Shown: positions 13,300 to 27,350 of the stretch, in pieces
Layout of the letters: each line of letters starts with the position of its first letter
How positions within the stretch are numbered: the first letter of the stretch is position 1
DNA from: Raillietiella orientalis
Taxonomy: Eukaryota
Direction: 5' to 3'
Length of the DNA: 64,000 nt
Assembly: GCA_036172245.1 (NCBI GenBank)
Contig: JAYWIR010000077.1
Location: forward strand, 124,001-188,000
Notes under the pieces: model-generated
Seen by the model: only the letters and a program-made list of their open reading frames with translations
Databases searched by the model: none
What the model was told of the DNA's origin: nothing
Made by a program: the position numbers and the translations under genes

Positions 13300-14880
13300 T
13301 TGCTCGAGTTGAAAAATTTTGGAGTACACTCGTTTACCAAACATTTTTGGTTCTGTTTATAGAATTTGGCTCTTGGAATTTTTCTTCCTGTTCTCTGATT
13401 TAGAAAGGAAGCAGAGATAACAAAGAGCAACAACCTCAAAGAATTCCGCTGTTTATTTTCCGTCCTCTGGATTTCAAAACGAGTGCAGAAGTGGTGCCAA
13501 AGTGACTCTTCGTGTGTTAGATAGTTTTCCTTCCTTGGAAACAATAGGAGGGATCACTACAGGTAGAAAGTAAAGCAAAAATGGTTAAGGAAGCTGAAAG
13601 ATGCTCCCAAGACAAATGGATAAGATATACGTACCACCCAAATCTCTTCGTGGTTCCGAGCGCATCATAGTATGCCAGAGGGATGATCTTCAATTGAACG
13701 ATGGTAGCAGGATAGGATATTTTTCTACGTGGCAGTAGGGGCGGGAATTTCAAACCATCTCCATCAGGTGATTCTCCATTGGTTAGTGACTTGTGAAAAA
13801 CCACATAAGATGAGCAATCCTGAAGGAATAGAAGGTAGATCACAGTTAGAATGGTGCTTAGGAATGTTTCTCAAGAGGGATCACACGACTGTTACAGACA
13901 TATTACAGATCTACGCGTTGCACTTACCTCAATGATTTTGATGAAATCTTAGCAGCCCTGGGTTCAGTATTCTTAGGATCCACACACCCTTTTGCTTATC
14001 AAACTCCAGAAAGATAACCTTCATCTTCACATCATTCACATTCTGTGCAAGGTCTTTGGCTTTAATAAACAGCATTCTTAAATTCTCTTGCGAGTGGAGT
14101 CGAAGAATTGACTGCTTACGGAGCAATCTGTAGATTCATTCTGAGGCAGTTCCAAACAAAAACGAATACTTTTGGGCATAAAAGAGAAAGCAAAGCAACA
14201 CAGGTAGAAAATAGAGCAAAAAGAGCTGAGGAAGCTGAAAGATGCTCCCAAGACAAATGAATAAGGAGCCTTCGGTAAGAATCACATTTCGGACCTCCAG
14301 CACTGCTTGAGTTTCCAAGTGGAAAAGAATTCTCTATTTCAGGAGGGAGCAAAACCTTTCCGATATCTAACGCCGACTTTGGAAATGGAATTATTACATC
14401 ATATTTTTCATAGTGCTTCCATTGCACACCATTTGGCGGACTGATTTACTAAAATGAATTGCCTGTTTGTAGTAGTTGTGTTCTTTTATTCCCGAGAGTT
14501 TTTGCGAATGAAAGTTCTTGATTTGACATTGCCTTTCATTTTATCTCTGTGATTTATTTATTTATTTTTTTTACTTATTTTGAAGAGCTGCTTGTTTTTC
14601 ATTTTACCTTTACAAAAATGAAGGCAATCAGGAAAATGAAACACCAGCGTCGTGATGCCGATGAACTTACACGCAAGATTGAGTTGTGACGCTGTGTGGC
14701 TCACATGTTCGTGATCCAGAGCATCATGAGAAAAGTGTGAACACAACAAGGTGGTTGAGCCGAGCTTCTCATGGACCATCTTTCCTGTCGTGCGCCCACC
14801 TAAATCGCTTAGTGGAAGTCCAGCAAACTCGTCAACGGGGTGCGCCAACGCACTTAATCAGTATTTGACAAGCTCATGCT
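13300..14880 (-). pseudogene. ISL2EU-type (Harbinger-related) transposase remnant: THAP domain, HTH_Tnp_4, DDE_Tnp_4
   Basis: THAP-like FAGLP...TTLLCSHFSHD (~14830-14720) and HTH-like SQENLRMLFIK (~14090). DDE-like LQDCSSY..HKSLTNGESPDG..KF...PRRKISY (~13825-13710) and GVIPPIVSKEGKLSNTRRV after removing 13634-13557. Confidence 0.6.
13560..14265. repeat. Two 65-bp direct repeats (13560-13624 and 14201-14265), 58/65 identical
   Basis: Shared core AGGAAGCTGAAAGATGCTCCCAAGACAAATG, aligned by hand. Confidence 0.9.
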
Positions 14881-15019
14881 TTGGACTTTGTTCCTAAATT
14901 GAGTTCAGATATAAATCGACCAATGTTTCGGTGTGGTATTGGAACAAGCAGTCGAATTTAGCATTTCGAAAATCGAATTCATCGTTTTATCATCATAAAA
15001 CTTGAAATGCAAGTGTCTT

Positions 15020-16150
15020 GAAAGAAAAAGCAAAGAGCAATAAGGGACCTCAAAAAGAGAGCCTGTTCCAAAGCAATGGATTTTTCTTTTACGATAGTGG
15101 GTCTCAAGGTGTAATCTTTGCAAATTTGCACTTTTCTTCGTTTAGATGCTACCTTAAGACAGGGATGCACGGAAGTGGCTCTCGAACTACGGATCGAGCC
15201 TTTAAAACCACTGCGTACAGGAAAAAATTCAAACAAGGGTTACAAAGGAGGAAGTCTTACCGATAGCACGGGAATGTCCAACAACGATACCAATGACTGG
15301 AAAAGGAAAGAGGAAGGAAAGCACTCCAAGGATAGGGAAAAACACCCCGGTTGTTCGCTCTGAGTTTGTACTGTTAGGACCTTCTCTGGATTACAACAGT
15401 AAAGCAATGGCAGCCGTTTCCGAGACTCGGACTTTTGTCTGGATCTCTTGACACTCAATGCAAAAGTCACTACACCTTGGTTGAAGCAACAACCACAACC
15501 ACTCTACAATTCATTGGAACGTGTCTACTTTGATGCGGAAAGAATAGGTTCCAGGCTCTGGTACAGCAAGACTAAGGTTCTCGCATCTGGCAAGGGAGAG
15601 AATACTATTAGTGCTGTCCTCGAGGCTCTATGAAGTGCCGTACTTGAGGACATGACTGTCAAGAAACTGTTCCGTGCTGTAGCGAAGTACCGTTCGCTTG
15701 CCATTTCATCGGAATTTCGCAGAAAAGGCTGTCGGACTTTGTGAGGAATGCAGATGCTATCGTAAATCGCGTGAGCAACTCTTGTTCACACTCTACAAAT
15801 CAGTTTCTCTCAGGCTTTGGGAAAGCCTTTTCGTCTTGTGAAGGTGTTTTTTTTTTTTTCTCGGAAGGCCTTGGTGCATGTAAAAGTGATGACGAGCCTT
15901 AAAAATAAAAGAGGGGAAATACAAGGACAGGATCTTCCACAGCTTCCTCCGCTGTTTCGACCTGTCCAACTTCGTCATTGTGGGGAAGGGCTAGTTTTCC
16001 ACGGGTTTCAAGAGTGCGACATGTCTCTTGTTGAAGTGATGGGAGGTTCACAGCCTTTTCACTCAGCATTTCGGTGTTATTTTCTCTGTTGGCCCTAAGC
16101 CTGCTTTCTTGAATTAGCAAATTCTTCAGCTGGCTGCACGTTTTAAAGCC
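15020..16150 (+). pseudogene. ISL2EU second ORF remnant: SWIM region plus YqaJ (lambda-exonuclease-like) domain
   Basis: KESLFQSNGFFFYDSG resembles the KAYKSL.AY.FF.SG N-terminus. LPQLPPLFRPVQLRHCGEGLV (~15935-15997) resembles P.L.ASPDG.V.C.CCG.GLVE.KCP. Divergent from the THAP-DDE ORF; ISL2EU elements encode both proteins. Confidence 0.55.
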
Positions 16151-16750
16151 AAGAGAACATTAAGGAACGATTCTAGTCACACTGAGTCACCTGAATCTGA
16201 TCCCACTGAAATGAATGCCTCAAAACCAATCACCACGGGAAATACTTTCTATTTTCTTGTCCAAACCAATAGAGAGACTGCCACTGTAGTATCGCCATGT
16301 TTCAAACAAGGGGGTGTTGCCACCCTCTCATCGGCAAAAGAATGAAGTTTTTGAGTCGATTCTTTGAAAAGCTGGTTATGCTTCTCATTGCCTTCTTCCC
16401 GGTTACTGTGCGAAGACCGTGTCATTTTATCCATGCTCTTTCTTGGAGAATACTCATGGCTATCATGGCTGAAGACTCCTTTAAACAAAGAAACATAACT
16501 GAAGATTTACTCCAATCATGCTCCTTTGTCTTTCTCAAACTGACATGAGTTCAGCTGTTCGGGAAAGATGCTAAACGAGGCCAGTGCCGGTCACTTTTAC
16601 CAGGCTAGAACTGTGCCCAAGACCTGAAATCGGGCAAGTTTCCGAGAATGGGAAAAAGGCGACGTTCAGAGAGAAACTGCTCCATTGGATTCGATTCTCC
16701 CGAAGAAGCTTATAGAAATGTTTCCTCTAGAGTTTGATTTCCTTGACCTG
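16150..16750 (-). mobile_element. Possible RTE/CR1-type LINE endonuclease fragment
   Basis: MEQFSLNVAFFPFSET (ET motif), IGVNLQLCFFV and HGDTTVAV (GDFNA-like) occur in the expected order. Heavily decayed. Confidence 0.3.
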
Positions 16751-18899
16751 CAATAGCTCCGGGGGTGACCTCTTGAACCTTAGTCTTTGAAAGGGTATCT
16801 TGATTATTCCAAACTGTCGAAGCAAGGATAAAGAATTTACTTTGTTGTTTGGTGCTTTCTACTTTTCTGAGAAGCGTTTTTTATTTTCGTCCCATCAACT
16901 TTAATCGTCCGGACTCGCTTTTTAGTCCATTAGGAATTTCACTTACCAAGCTGCATTTTTTCAAATTCTCCCCCAATACCCTGACGGTCTGACTAATGGG
17001 ATTCACCTCGATGGAACACTTGGTTGAATATTCGAGAATCGAAGGCGGTGTTTGCAAATTGCTTTTGTGGAAGTGCGACCAGATACCAATTAAGCAGCAT
17101 CTTTGCCTTAATCTTTGGCAGTCTCAATTTTCGCATCTCGAAAATCTGAATGAAATGTGAATGAAACTGCTGGAAATCTTTGATTTATAAGAACTGGGAA
17201 ATAGTGCTCATCAATCATGCTCAAAGGACTTGACCTTAACCGATTCATCCGCCAAGCTAATTGCTTACGAGTTTCAACAAAATGAGTCCTGAAGAATTGG
17301 ATTCGTAAAGTGGGGTAATCCTCGGAATCACATCTGTTGGGAGATCCTAGAGAATGATAGCTGCGAAAGGGATCGGAAGCTTGGAATTTCATCGGGATTT
17401 CTGTTGCTGCTGTTTCTGCTTCGCTCTGCAAAGAGAGGCGATTCCTAGGATGGGTTTCAGCATTCGGGTTGTGTGGAACGAGGCCTAGGCTTTTATCGAG
17501 GGAAAACAATATGGCTGCCTCTCACAATAACGATTCCATGGAGCAATCGTAGTGAAAGGCCAGGGCTAAAATAACAGTCGAGGGAATTGTAGGCAAGCAC
17601 AAATAATTTGTAAATAAGGGAAATCAGACAGCTCTGATGTCTGTGCATCAGAGAAAGGCATAAACTTACATTATTCTAGGGTCCCTAGTAGGGAGTCAAG
17701 AAAGGGTTCGAATCCCTCTCACTGCCTGAATTAAACGGGCGTTAAACTTGAGAGAGCCGCAGAGGATGTAAATTTTTACTTTCCGCCAGCCATGTTCTAG
17801 AAAGTTAGCGTTTTCATAACTAGTTTTTTTTTTTTTTCTTTTTAATCCATAAGAACCCATTTTCAATTGATTCCACACTTGTGATAAACGTGTTGCCAGA
17901 TCTGTTTGTTGCTGTTTTTCGGAGTTCATTATGATGCTCCGTTTTTGGAGCACATATATAGATGTTACAGATATAGGTATAATATGTTATAACCAACGAA
18001 TTATTAATTTGTATTCATCAGGTAACCGTGAGAACTTTTTTTTTTTTTTTTTTTTTTTTACCCTAAGAATATTTATATTCAAGCACTTGAACCACCATGT
18101 ATATAAAACGGTCCATAAATGGTCTTCAATGTAATCACGACAAGGAATTGCTGGTTATCGGTGAAATAAAACATGAAGGTGACGACTCTTGATAGTTATC
18201 CTCCATTTACAATGATGCAGCAATGATGCTCAAGAAAAAGAAAAAAAAATTATATGATCAGTCTTCATCTTTTATCTCTTTGCAATCCTTGCTGGACCAT
18301 CTGTGCTTCATTGGTTCTTCAGACAAAGTCTATTCTTGTGAGCGTTGATTACTTCAATGCTGGAGCACTGGATTTATTTATCGGATTAGGAGTACATCGA
18401 TTGTTTATGATCGAAATACCGCTTATGAAATACCACTGGTTTTTAATTTTGAATCACGATTCATAATTTCATTCTGATCGTCATCATGTCAACATTACGA
18501 TTCCCTAAGTACCATTGGGTTTTTGCACATATTGATAAACCAATGTCATGTTCGCGACCTAATGTCACTTATGAGGAACTAGAGGTCAATAAACACATCC
18601 AAACACGTTTGGCCATGTTTTGAATGCTTACGAAAAGATCACTGACTTACAAAATGCTTATTCAAATCAAAAAGGAATCAGAGATGAACTGAGTGGAGAA
18701 GGACAGGTATTTAGCTATAACAGCAAATAAAAGCTTTCCTTTTTTAGCTCTCATTTTCTCTGCAGTCGGATCACAAAAAGAAAAACTCAATTGAGAATAC
18801 CGGTGAAGCTCACCGGAAACTTCCTCGTCATCTTTCCATGCTGACATAAATTTATCATCGTTGTCATCTGATACTATCTGATACCCAACGTGTTCCAAA

Positions 18900-21250
18900 A
18901 TTGCTTTGATTTTTTGTGCATTCCTGCTTTTATTGCTGGTGATCTCCTTTTCCATAAGTGGACTCTGTCCATGAAATTCTTCAAATCTCTCTTACCCTCG
19001 ACTGTGAGTTTCTCAGATTTTCCAATTTTAGGCTTGTTTTTTTTTGTCTTCCTTATTTTTTTTTCGAGAGGCACTGACAGAGAAGCTCTAAATGGAATGT
19101 ACTCATTATCGGCGTTATTTCTGAAATTCACAAAGCTTGAAATGCACTTGCATTTTCTGTAACGATTCCGTCCAAGGGGGAGCAGGCGCATTTCATTTTC
19201 TCGGTTTCTAAAAAGCTGTTCGAAGGACTCCAGGCCATTTTAACGGTTCATCTGATTAAGCTTTTTTCCTTTCTAATCCTACAGGAAATTTCAGACCATG
19301 GGAAGGGAAGTTCATTAGTACTTATTCTGGACATGGGAATCGAACGTTCGATAAGTTTCGAATGCATCCGAACTGCCTTTCTGTTGACAGTTTTGCTTCA
19401 TTAGATCTGCTTGCACCAGAGCTGACGTGCAACTTCCATGATGAAAGCAACATTGTTCTCATCTCACTCTGACCAGAGAAGCATCATCAGTGCATGATTC
19501 ATCCTGTGATGAGCTTCTCTGAGTGAGGAATCGAAAGCCGCTGGGTGCCCGGGCCATCCGTGTCCGTGTCGAGTAACCATTACCAGAGTGCGTGTTCAGA
19601 CATCTGTTTCTTCTCAACTGATGATTCTCCTGACTATTATGGGTGCACTTGCAGACTGCTTGAGGGGGATTTCCAATATAAATATGGATTCATCTTTGAA
19701 ATTATTGAAGATACTGATTCGTGTCGGGTCCAACATAATAAAAACCTGTTTTCTGCCTGTGGAGTTTGGTATTCGTTTCCGAATAACCCAAGCGTTCCTG
19801 GATGCCTCAGTCCCTATTCTGGAGCCGAAACTTTTCTTCTGCATCTTCATCCAGCATTTGTGATGTGGAGCTTTCATTGGTTTGCTTTGTTCTCCATTGT
19901 GTCGATAATGCAACAGAACCGTTCCATAGAGTAATGTATTTTTCGACATATTTTCAAGACCGACCTTAGAAGTTTGTCGATCTATCAAGTCCATGCAAGT
20001 GAATCCACCCAGTAATTTACAATTCTGATTGTCCATTCATTAGCGCATGTTCTGGCTGATGTGCATATTTCTAGGCAAACTGTTTGCAGTTTTCTAATCT
20101 GACTCTTGAGAAGACAAACTGTATGGCAACCGGCAACATTTCGAAAACTCGGAAGCCATTTCCTTCTCACAAATGGCTTCGAAGCGTTGCTCAGCAAGAT
20201 GGCGGAAAACGAAAAAATTATGCAGGATTTTAACAAACGTGTGAGGAGGGAAAAAAGTGGTACAATGGCAATCAACTATGGCGCCAAACACCGTTCCAGC
20301 AAATTCTTGCAACGAGAAGAAAGTGAAGGGCTGCCAGAAGGGAGAACACAAACATTGTATTTTCAAGACAAGTCGCATGAAATTTGACTCAAGGGTAAAT
20401 CGAAATTGCAAGCACATGTGTACAAGTTATGTTCCCTTTCGATGCAATGGATAATTTTTCCTAATGATTCTATTCGAAGAATAATTTTCAACACTGTCAA
20501 GTAACATGGTGTTTTCCTTCTTTTTTTTTTTTCCATAAAGTCTGTGTTCAAAATGTCGATACCTATGACGCAAACCCTCAGCTTATCGAGAATAAAAGAA
20601 AATGCAGCGATATCAAATTTAATATCCTGAAATTTAGGAAAGAAGAAAAAATGCAGCACTTCATTAGCTGCATAAATGGAAGGAAGCTTTTGATGAAACT
20701 CCCTACTGAGAGATCTTCAATCAAAGATTTACCATAATTTGGAAATTTGGCACCACTGAGGAATGCCCCAACTCGAACAAAGAGAGGGTAATGTAAACAT
20801 CGAGTCACAAATGAGTGGGAATAGAATATCTTTCACCCTAAGAGGTCTATCATAAAATCGACTAGACAACAGAGGACAAATAGCTAGTTGGACCGAAAAC
20901 TGCTTTCTTTGATTTTCTTTGTCCCTGATGATTTGTAATCTCATTGTGGATCGACCAAATCGATCATTTGGAAGCAGTAGAACATGTGGAATTTTTTCTA
21001 ATGTGGGCTAAATTATAGTGAGCCACAAGGGCCTTAAGAATCATGGGCTAATGGAGATGCCACATTGCTTTAAACGACAAGTATCTCTCGATGGCGTCGG
21101 TGAAATTGTAAGTATAGAACTGTCAATTGGAACCGACGTGAAAAACCAATGGCTTTTTAAGAGGGCACTTTCCTTTCCCATTTTGTTCAGTGTCTCATCA
21201 GGTCAAAGGAACGAGCGCTTTGAAGTCCGACAGGTCTCTGACTTTGCATA
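18900..21250 (-). mobile_element. Possible hAT transposase remnant
   Basis: Ordered decayed motifs VFHVGSN..YNFTDAIERY, AAFSFILDK (FSLILDE-like), VDCHC..FVKILHNFF, and C-terminal IMSTFHLEL..KKIRKTKK. Confidence 0.35.
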
Positions 21251-24200
21251 CTGTTTTTCAAGGTTTTGGTGTTTCAGCATCTTCAATGATTTGAAACTTT
21301 GGTGGATAATTGGAGGTAGAGCCTGCAGACTGTTAATTCTGTTTGGTAAAGAATTGAGCCGATATGAGTGATAGCTCTTGTACATGTATCCCGAGTCTCT
21401 AGGATTCCTACTGAAATTAGTCATCAGTTTTCTCGTTTTCCAGAATATCATTCTTGAATTTTTTTGTTCCACCCCTAGAAATTCTACTTTCTGTGTAAAT
21501 GGACGGACTGTAATTGATAATTCGAGTTTTGCCCGAATTCAGCTTTCTCTGTATTTATGATTACCAAGCACAGTTTCAGTATCAACGTGACAAGTAGGCC
21601 GAATACCAGAAAAATCCATGTGAGGAAAGCAAATGTTGATTCGTGAGGTGGAAAATAAACTATAGAACATGTGAACTAATTGAAAACTTCCATGAGAAGC
21701 TATTAATGACTCAATCCAACTCGATTTTTAGGCTTACTTCACATCTTTGAATATCAGACACAAGGTCTTTTTTAGGACAGAATCTTTAAATGAATTTCAT
21801 GCCATTGCATAATCATTATACTTTAATCGTAATTACAAAAGTCAGTAGCACCAGTTTTGATACCGGTTGCGGGATATACTTTTTCGGATTTTTAAATCGG
21901 CTCCATTTATCTACATTTCTTTCCCTCGTTAGTATGTGAAACCAAGAGTTCAAGAACAGAGGTTGTTTCGAAGGATAGAGGCGAATGTTTTTAGTTGATT
22001 GCCGATTTTATCTCATCATCTCTTGATACATCTGTGCGATGAGACGACGGTTCATGTCTTTAAAGCCTCAAATCAGGAAAAAAAAAAAAAAAAACAATTA
22101 GGCAAGTTTTTTGCTAGATCTTATGTGGTTCATGCACGATGGTACGAATCCAGCTATGCGAAAGAAGGATAAAAAAATATATTCGGATAAAATTTTCTTC
22201 TTGTCAGCCCTGACTGCTCATTACAATGGTATTCATTTTGCGCCTCAATTAGTCACCAAATAATTGAGAAGGAGGGACATTCAATTCACTGGTGCTGAAG
22301 GACTTGCAAACCTCGACTGAGTAAACTTCATATTATTAAAATCTAAACAGCATATAAGCTCATTCTGAGTTCTTCTGTGAGCTTGTCAGTCAGCTGATTC
22401 CGAGAGATGCGCTTAGCACTGCATGGTAGTCAAGCAGGAGATGGGAGGAGAGAGGCAGCATGATTTCGGACCATCCTGCAGTGTAAGTTGCGCGCGCGCC
22501 TGCTTCTTGTCGAAACAGGTCCTTTGTCCTGCTGCAGCTTGGGATCATTTCAACATCTATTGCTCCATGCAGTTGCTTATCCGAATCAAGAATCTTTCTA
22601 TAAACATTGCTTCTATTTTTTTTTCTCAATTATAGTCGTACATTTTACCAAGTGCCTTGAGCCATACTGTTATTTTCAACGAATGAGTCTAGCTTCTTGC
22701 TTCACATGCAAAGCTTGAGGAGAATTCTGGATTCCATTTTGGGCAAGAAACATCACGAAGCATTTCCAGTCATATAAGATAACAATCTTGAAAGAAAAAA
22801 GAGAATCTAAGCTTCAGGAACACTTCATATTAATTCAAGAAGGCAACTGCCATCCATAAACATACGATCCATGCTTTTATGAACAGTTGGAAAACCTCAG
22901 CTATCCAAGCTTCCTATATCCCCAGCAAAGTAGGTGCAATTCATTTCTGTACGAAAGTTTTTTTTCTGAGTTTTTAAACCATCTCAGACTGAAAATTCAA
23001 TGCAAACACAAGAGATTTTTCGAGGACGTTGATGATTTTCGATCAACTAATAATATCAGATCCATAGTAGAATATCTTTGCAAAGAAGCCTTGAAATACT
23101 AAAGAAAAATTAGCACCTACGAAACTAGAATTCTGAGAGGAAAACCAACCCCATTGCTTTATGTTTCGTACTGTCTTATTATCATAAATAATAATCTTTA
23201 GAAATGCAAAAAGAGGTTTGGGAAGCTTCCTACGCTGCCCTGACCTGACTAGCCTCGTCACCGTTGGCGAAGGTCCGCGACGGACATCCACTAGAGTGAG
23301 GGTCGAAATGAAAATCCAACAACATTCGGGTAGAGCACTGGGGTCTTTACCACTGTGCCAAGCGTGTTTACTACAGTGATACCGTTGAGCACATAACGTC
23401 GTGTTTACTCGACTTGAAGATTCGCACTCGGTAGTCAGTTGCCTGGCGTGTCCAGTGGATGTCATGTCTCTGCTTACATTTAAATGCTTAAGGATCACAT
23501 GCGCAGGAAGAGACTTCCCGCAGCTTCTGAGGCTTCCTCGACCTGTCCGGATTTGCCGTTGTGGGTGAAGGGCTGGTCTGCGACAAGAGTTCAGGAGGGT
23601 GGTGGTAGTGGTGGTGGGTGTTTCCTGCTGTTGTTGGGTTCACTGCTAGGGTTCGAACCCCCCAACCTCAGCTCGAGCTCCGGGGATTTCCAGCCACGTA
23701 ATCCTCATTTCGGTGTTTCCTTGTTTTTCACACAGCTAATAGAAAGATGACCTGCTGTCGTCATTTAGCTATTTCTTTCCCTGCAAAAATTCCACTGCTT
23801 CCTTCGTTGTTTTCCTCCAATAAACATGTACACTGAGGAGTACTCTTTACTTTTTCCAAGTTGGGAGTAGGTCATGATTCGGAAGAGAAGCTGGAGAAAA
23901 GTCAGCAACATCTAATTCCCCTCTTTGAACCCTCAACCTTTTATCTGGAGGCTGGTGTTTAGGCCATTGGGAAAAGTTGGCTTGCTTGATTTTCGTGGTT
24001 GCAAGGGTCGAAATCATTTTCGTGGTAATGCTCTTGCCATCATAAATATTTGCCACTGATTATTTGGAAATTGTTCTAGACATTATCTGGAAGAACACGT
24101 TTCAAATGATCAGGATTGTTAGGAAATCGTGATATCGACAAAAGAGTCACTTTTCTATCGAAAGCACCGAATCAGATCTGCAGATGCTTCAGTTAAGCTG

Positions 24201-25610
24201 AGGTCGATAGCAACATTCTGGATAGGTTGAGAGTTTTGAATTTCACTCCAAAAAAACCAGACCTCTAAGTTTTTCATTCTCACTTAAGATAAGGATCTTA
24301 GACTCGAAAAAATCTTATATCTTTCTGTTTTCCATTCAAAGGATTCTTTGGGTCCCTGGACGTTAGAGTGATATGGATTTTTAAGAGCATACCACAATGT
24401 AGAAGGAAGATGCCTACAGTCACAATATCCATGTAAAATTTGATTTTATGGAACTAATGAGGAGAAACAAATCACTATTGGGTCAACGGGAAGGTCAGAT
24501 TTGCCTCTGCGGTACCTCCAAGGTGGATGTGTGGGTCTATTTGCCGAAAAAAATTATCTTTATTCCACCTGAACGAGAGCTCCTTTGATTCCTTATCTAA
24601 CGAAAGTCATGAGATTTGCAGTCATTTTTGTGTGTGTGTGTATCTCAACGGTGAACAGAAATGCAATTGGAGCATGGTATCCCATCTCCGAAATCTCGAA
24701 GATTAAGGAGTATCAAGACCATCCATCAAACGACGAAGAATTGATGACGTAAAGCGTAATCGGGCGATAGGGTAAGAAGAAGACGCAATCACTCCAACGC
24801 GTGGAGATCATGCAAAACGCTCTTGGCTACCACTGTGACCATCCAGGAATCCCTGCGACTCGGACTGTAAAGTCCGGGGATCCTCTGGAGACCCGGAAGA
24901 TGACCTAGGTTCTCATCTGTGGGATGGTCCGCAGTTTATTGACCCAACAGATATTTCTATTAAAGTGTATATTCGAGGTGATTACCTTAACCCAGCTCAG
25001 AAGAACTAACGAACCATCAGAGCTTTCGGCCTGATCTGCAGTCTAGTGGCTGGACACGAAAGGAAACGTTCTGCTGCTGGTCTTCCGCTTCCTTCTCTAC
25101 TTTCCGGTCTTTCCTGGACCCTGCTGCTGCATTCTCAAAAGGGAACCGGTAGCCCAGGAAGATGACCCGATTGTCGTTTAGAGCACCAGGTTACACCTCG
25201 GTTGAGTAAACTTTAGGAACGAGTGCGGGCTTGCTGGACACCAGCTTCCAGTGCCCACTTGCTGCTTCCTCGAGCCGTTCCGCCAAGGCGTTCTGCTTAC
25301 TTGTGCGAAAGCGAAGAATCTGCAAAAAGTTCAAGGAAAAAGAAAAAACTGTGCATTCGACCAGTTCTGAATCACAGTGAAATGACTTCATCTTCGCAAA
25401 CGTTTGTGCGAATGGCTTGGCGAGCATTAGTGAGAGTTTCAGTAATGGTTGGGATGCGCAAACCCAAGTGGATAGAGAGAAAACAGCAGGCAGATGGCTA
25501 TCCAATCGTCTTAGTGGATATTTACACTATTCCTCAGTGATAGACACAGAGGTAGAAGGAATCTCGTTGGAGTAGCAGCAACTTGATAACAAAATTAAAA
25601 AAAAAATCAG

Positions 25611-25697
25611 TCCGTAGCCCGCGTTGGAGGACATGTGGCTACGCTCTTCATGCGTGGCACCAAGCGTTGAGGGTTCGAATACCCGTAAAGGATCGAC
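25611..25697 (+). mobile_element. 5' tRNA-like head of a SINE interrupted by the Tx1-like LINE
   Basis: TCCGTAGCCCGCGTTGGAGG (A box) ... AAGCGTTGAGGGTTCGAATACC (B box 25672-25683), homologous to 6675-6733. Confidence 0.7.
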
Positions 25698-25778
25698 GGG
25701 CTTCGCGACGCTCCGCGAATGTCAACGAATGGTGCGTTCTTTTCAAATTCGTGTGGTACTTGTAGACATAAAAGCGTA

Positions 25779-27350
25779 ATGGCAGAAATGCCAAACATCT
25801 CTGCTAAGGAGGGCTGAGGTGATGCGAAGACTGCACCACTAGCCCCGATAGGGACGGAAGCTATCGCTTCCGAAGATCGAGGAGGTCCTGAGGATACAAG
25901 GACGTGGAGCCAATTGGTGTCGGCTGCCACGCTCGGTGCCCAGGCAGAAACGGAGGCTTATTTGGCCCAGAATTACCGGCCTGCTCTGCTCTACAAGGTG
26001 GACCGATTAGGCTTAGCGTCCGTTGCGCGTTCCTTCGCAACGCGAACATTGAGAAGGGAGACCTTGAAGGACTCTCTATGGTAAGAGGGGGTGAAGCGTT
26101 GAGCTGACTTGCAAAGAGTGAGCTCTCGTTCAGCGACTCTACCCCTTCCCACTCGTTCTACTGAATACCCCCATAACCATCGAAGGCAAGAGACTCTACC
26201 CTAGAACGGCGGACCACTCGGTAATGGTCCATCTACGAGGGTTGCGGCTGTACATGGACGAGCGCGAAGTCCTCCTCCAGCTTAAAGAATATGCGGCGGT
26301 CCACGTGTAGAGCAGAGCAGGCCGGTAATTCTAGGCAAGTCAAACTTATTCCCCGTATATGAGGGACTGTTGAGCAGCTTGGCTGTGGCAAGCGTGACCG
26401 TACATGAAGGGAAGCAGCTCCTCTACCGGGTGGAAATGATGGAAATCGGAGGACTTTGATCTCTAGTTCCCTGGGAAACCAACATTATGCAGCCGTTGTA
26501 ATACAACCGGGCATCTGGAGAGAAGACGTCCAGAAATTACTCGCCATGACTGCAGATGGAAGGGCCACATGAAGTTTGTGTGCCCAAACTCGTCAGCGAG
26601 TATCAAGCGCAAAGCCAGAGAAGATACGGCTTGCGGAAAAGAACGGAAGCAAAGGGAAGAAGGAAAGATGCCCACCGCAGTCAAACCAGAACAAACTTTC
26701 AAAAGAGGGGAAGAAATGACCGATGAAGCGGGATGGCAAGTGGAGATATTAAAAAAGGAAAGGAAACAACCTCCCGAAACGAAAAAAGTGGAGAGAACTG
26801 GAAGCAATCGCTAAGCATCCGCAGGACTGCAAGGCGACTCCTCAACAGATTAGCACGATAAAGGCAGCGATTGAAAACGTGAACGCAGTCACGGGAAGCT
26901 CGATCGACGAACCGATCGATAGCAACGAAAGTCGATCGATAACGCTACTGTCATCTCTTCGGATAAGGTGGTGACGCCAGAGCCTTTGAAAGTAAAGACC
27001 TGAAAAAAAAAAGACAGTGAGACGTTCCGCCGAAGGCAGCCTCAGTATGGCTTCCGACTCCGACCTGGATAATGTAAGCACCAGAGGAGGAGTGGAAGCA
27101 ACGGAAACCACCTCAAAGAGGCCCAAGGCCCCAAGGAAGAATGCATCCCCCAAGGCAAAGGAGGAATCAGTCCCAGAAGCCGAGAGGATGCAGGTTGGTT
27201 CCCGGGAGTCATCCCCGGAAAGGATCTTCTGCTCCGGAAGAAGAACAAATGTGAGGGAGAAGGAGTAGAAGAGAGGGGTTATCCCTATACCTTCCCCATC
27301 ACTGGCGATCGTCCCGCCTAAGCAACAGGTAGGAACCATAGAACCGATAT
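25779..27350 (+). pseudogene. LINE ORF1 (gag-like, two CCHC zinc knuckles), frameshifted
   Basis: FPGKPTLCSRCNTTGHLERRRP and HDCRWKGHMKFVCP (~26467-26586), followed by a Lys/Glu/Ser-rich low-complexity tail. Confidence 0.75.

Noticed and set aside
17690..17726. GGGTTCGAATCCC B-box/T-arm motif (similar one at ~23649)
   Set aside because: No convincing A box or cloverleaf, so it cannot be called a tRNA or SINE.
22690..22760. CFTC...LGKKH resembling a matrin-type zinc finger
   Set aside because: The motif halves are in different frames with a stop between them; the evidence is too weak.
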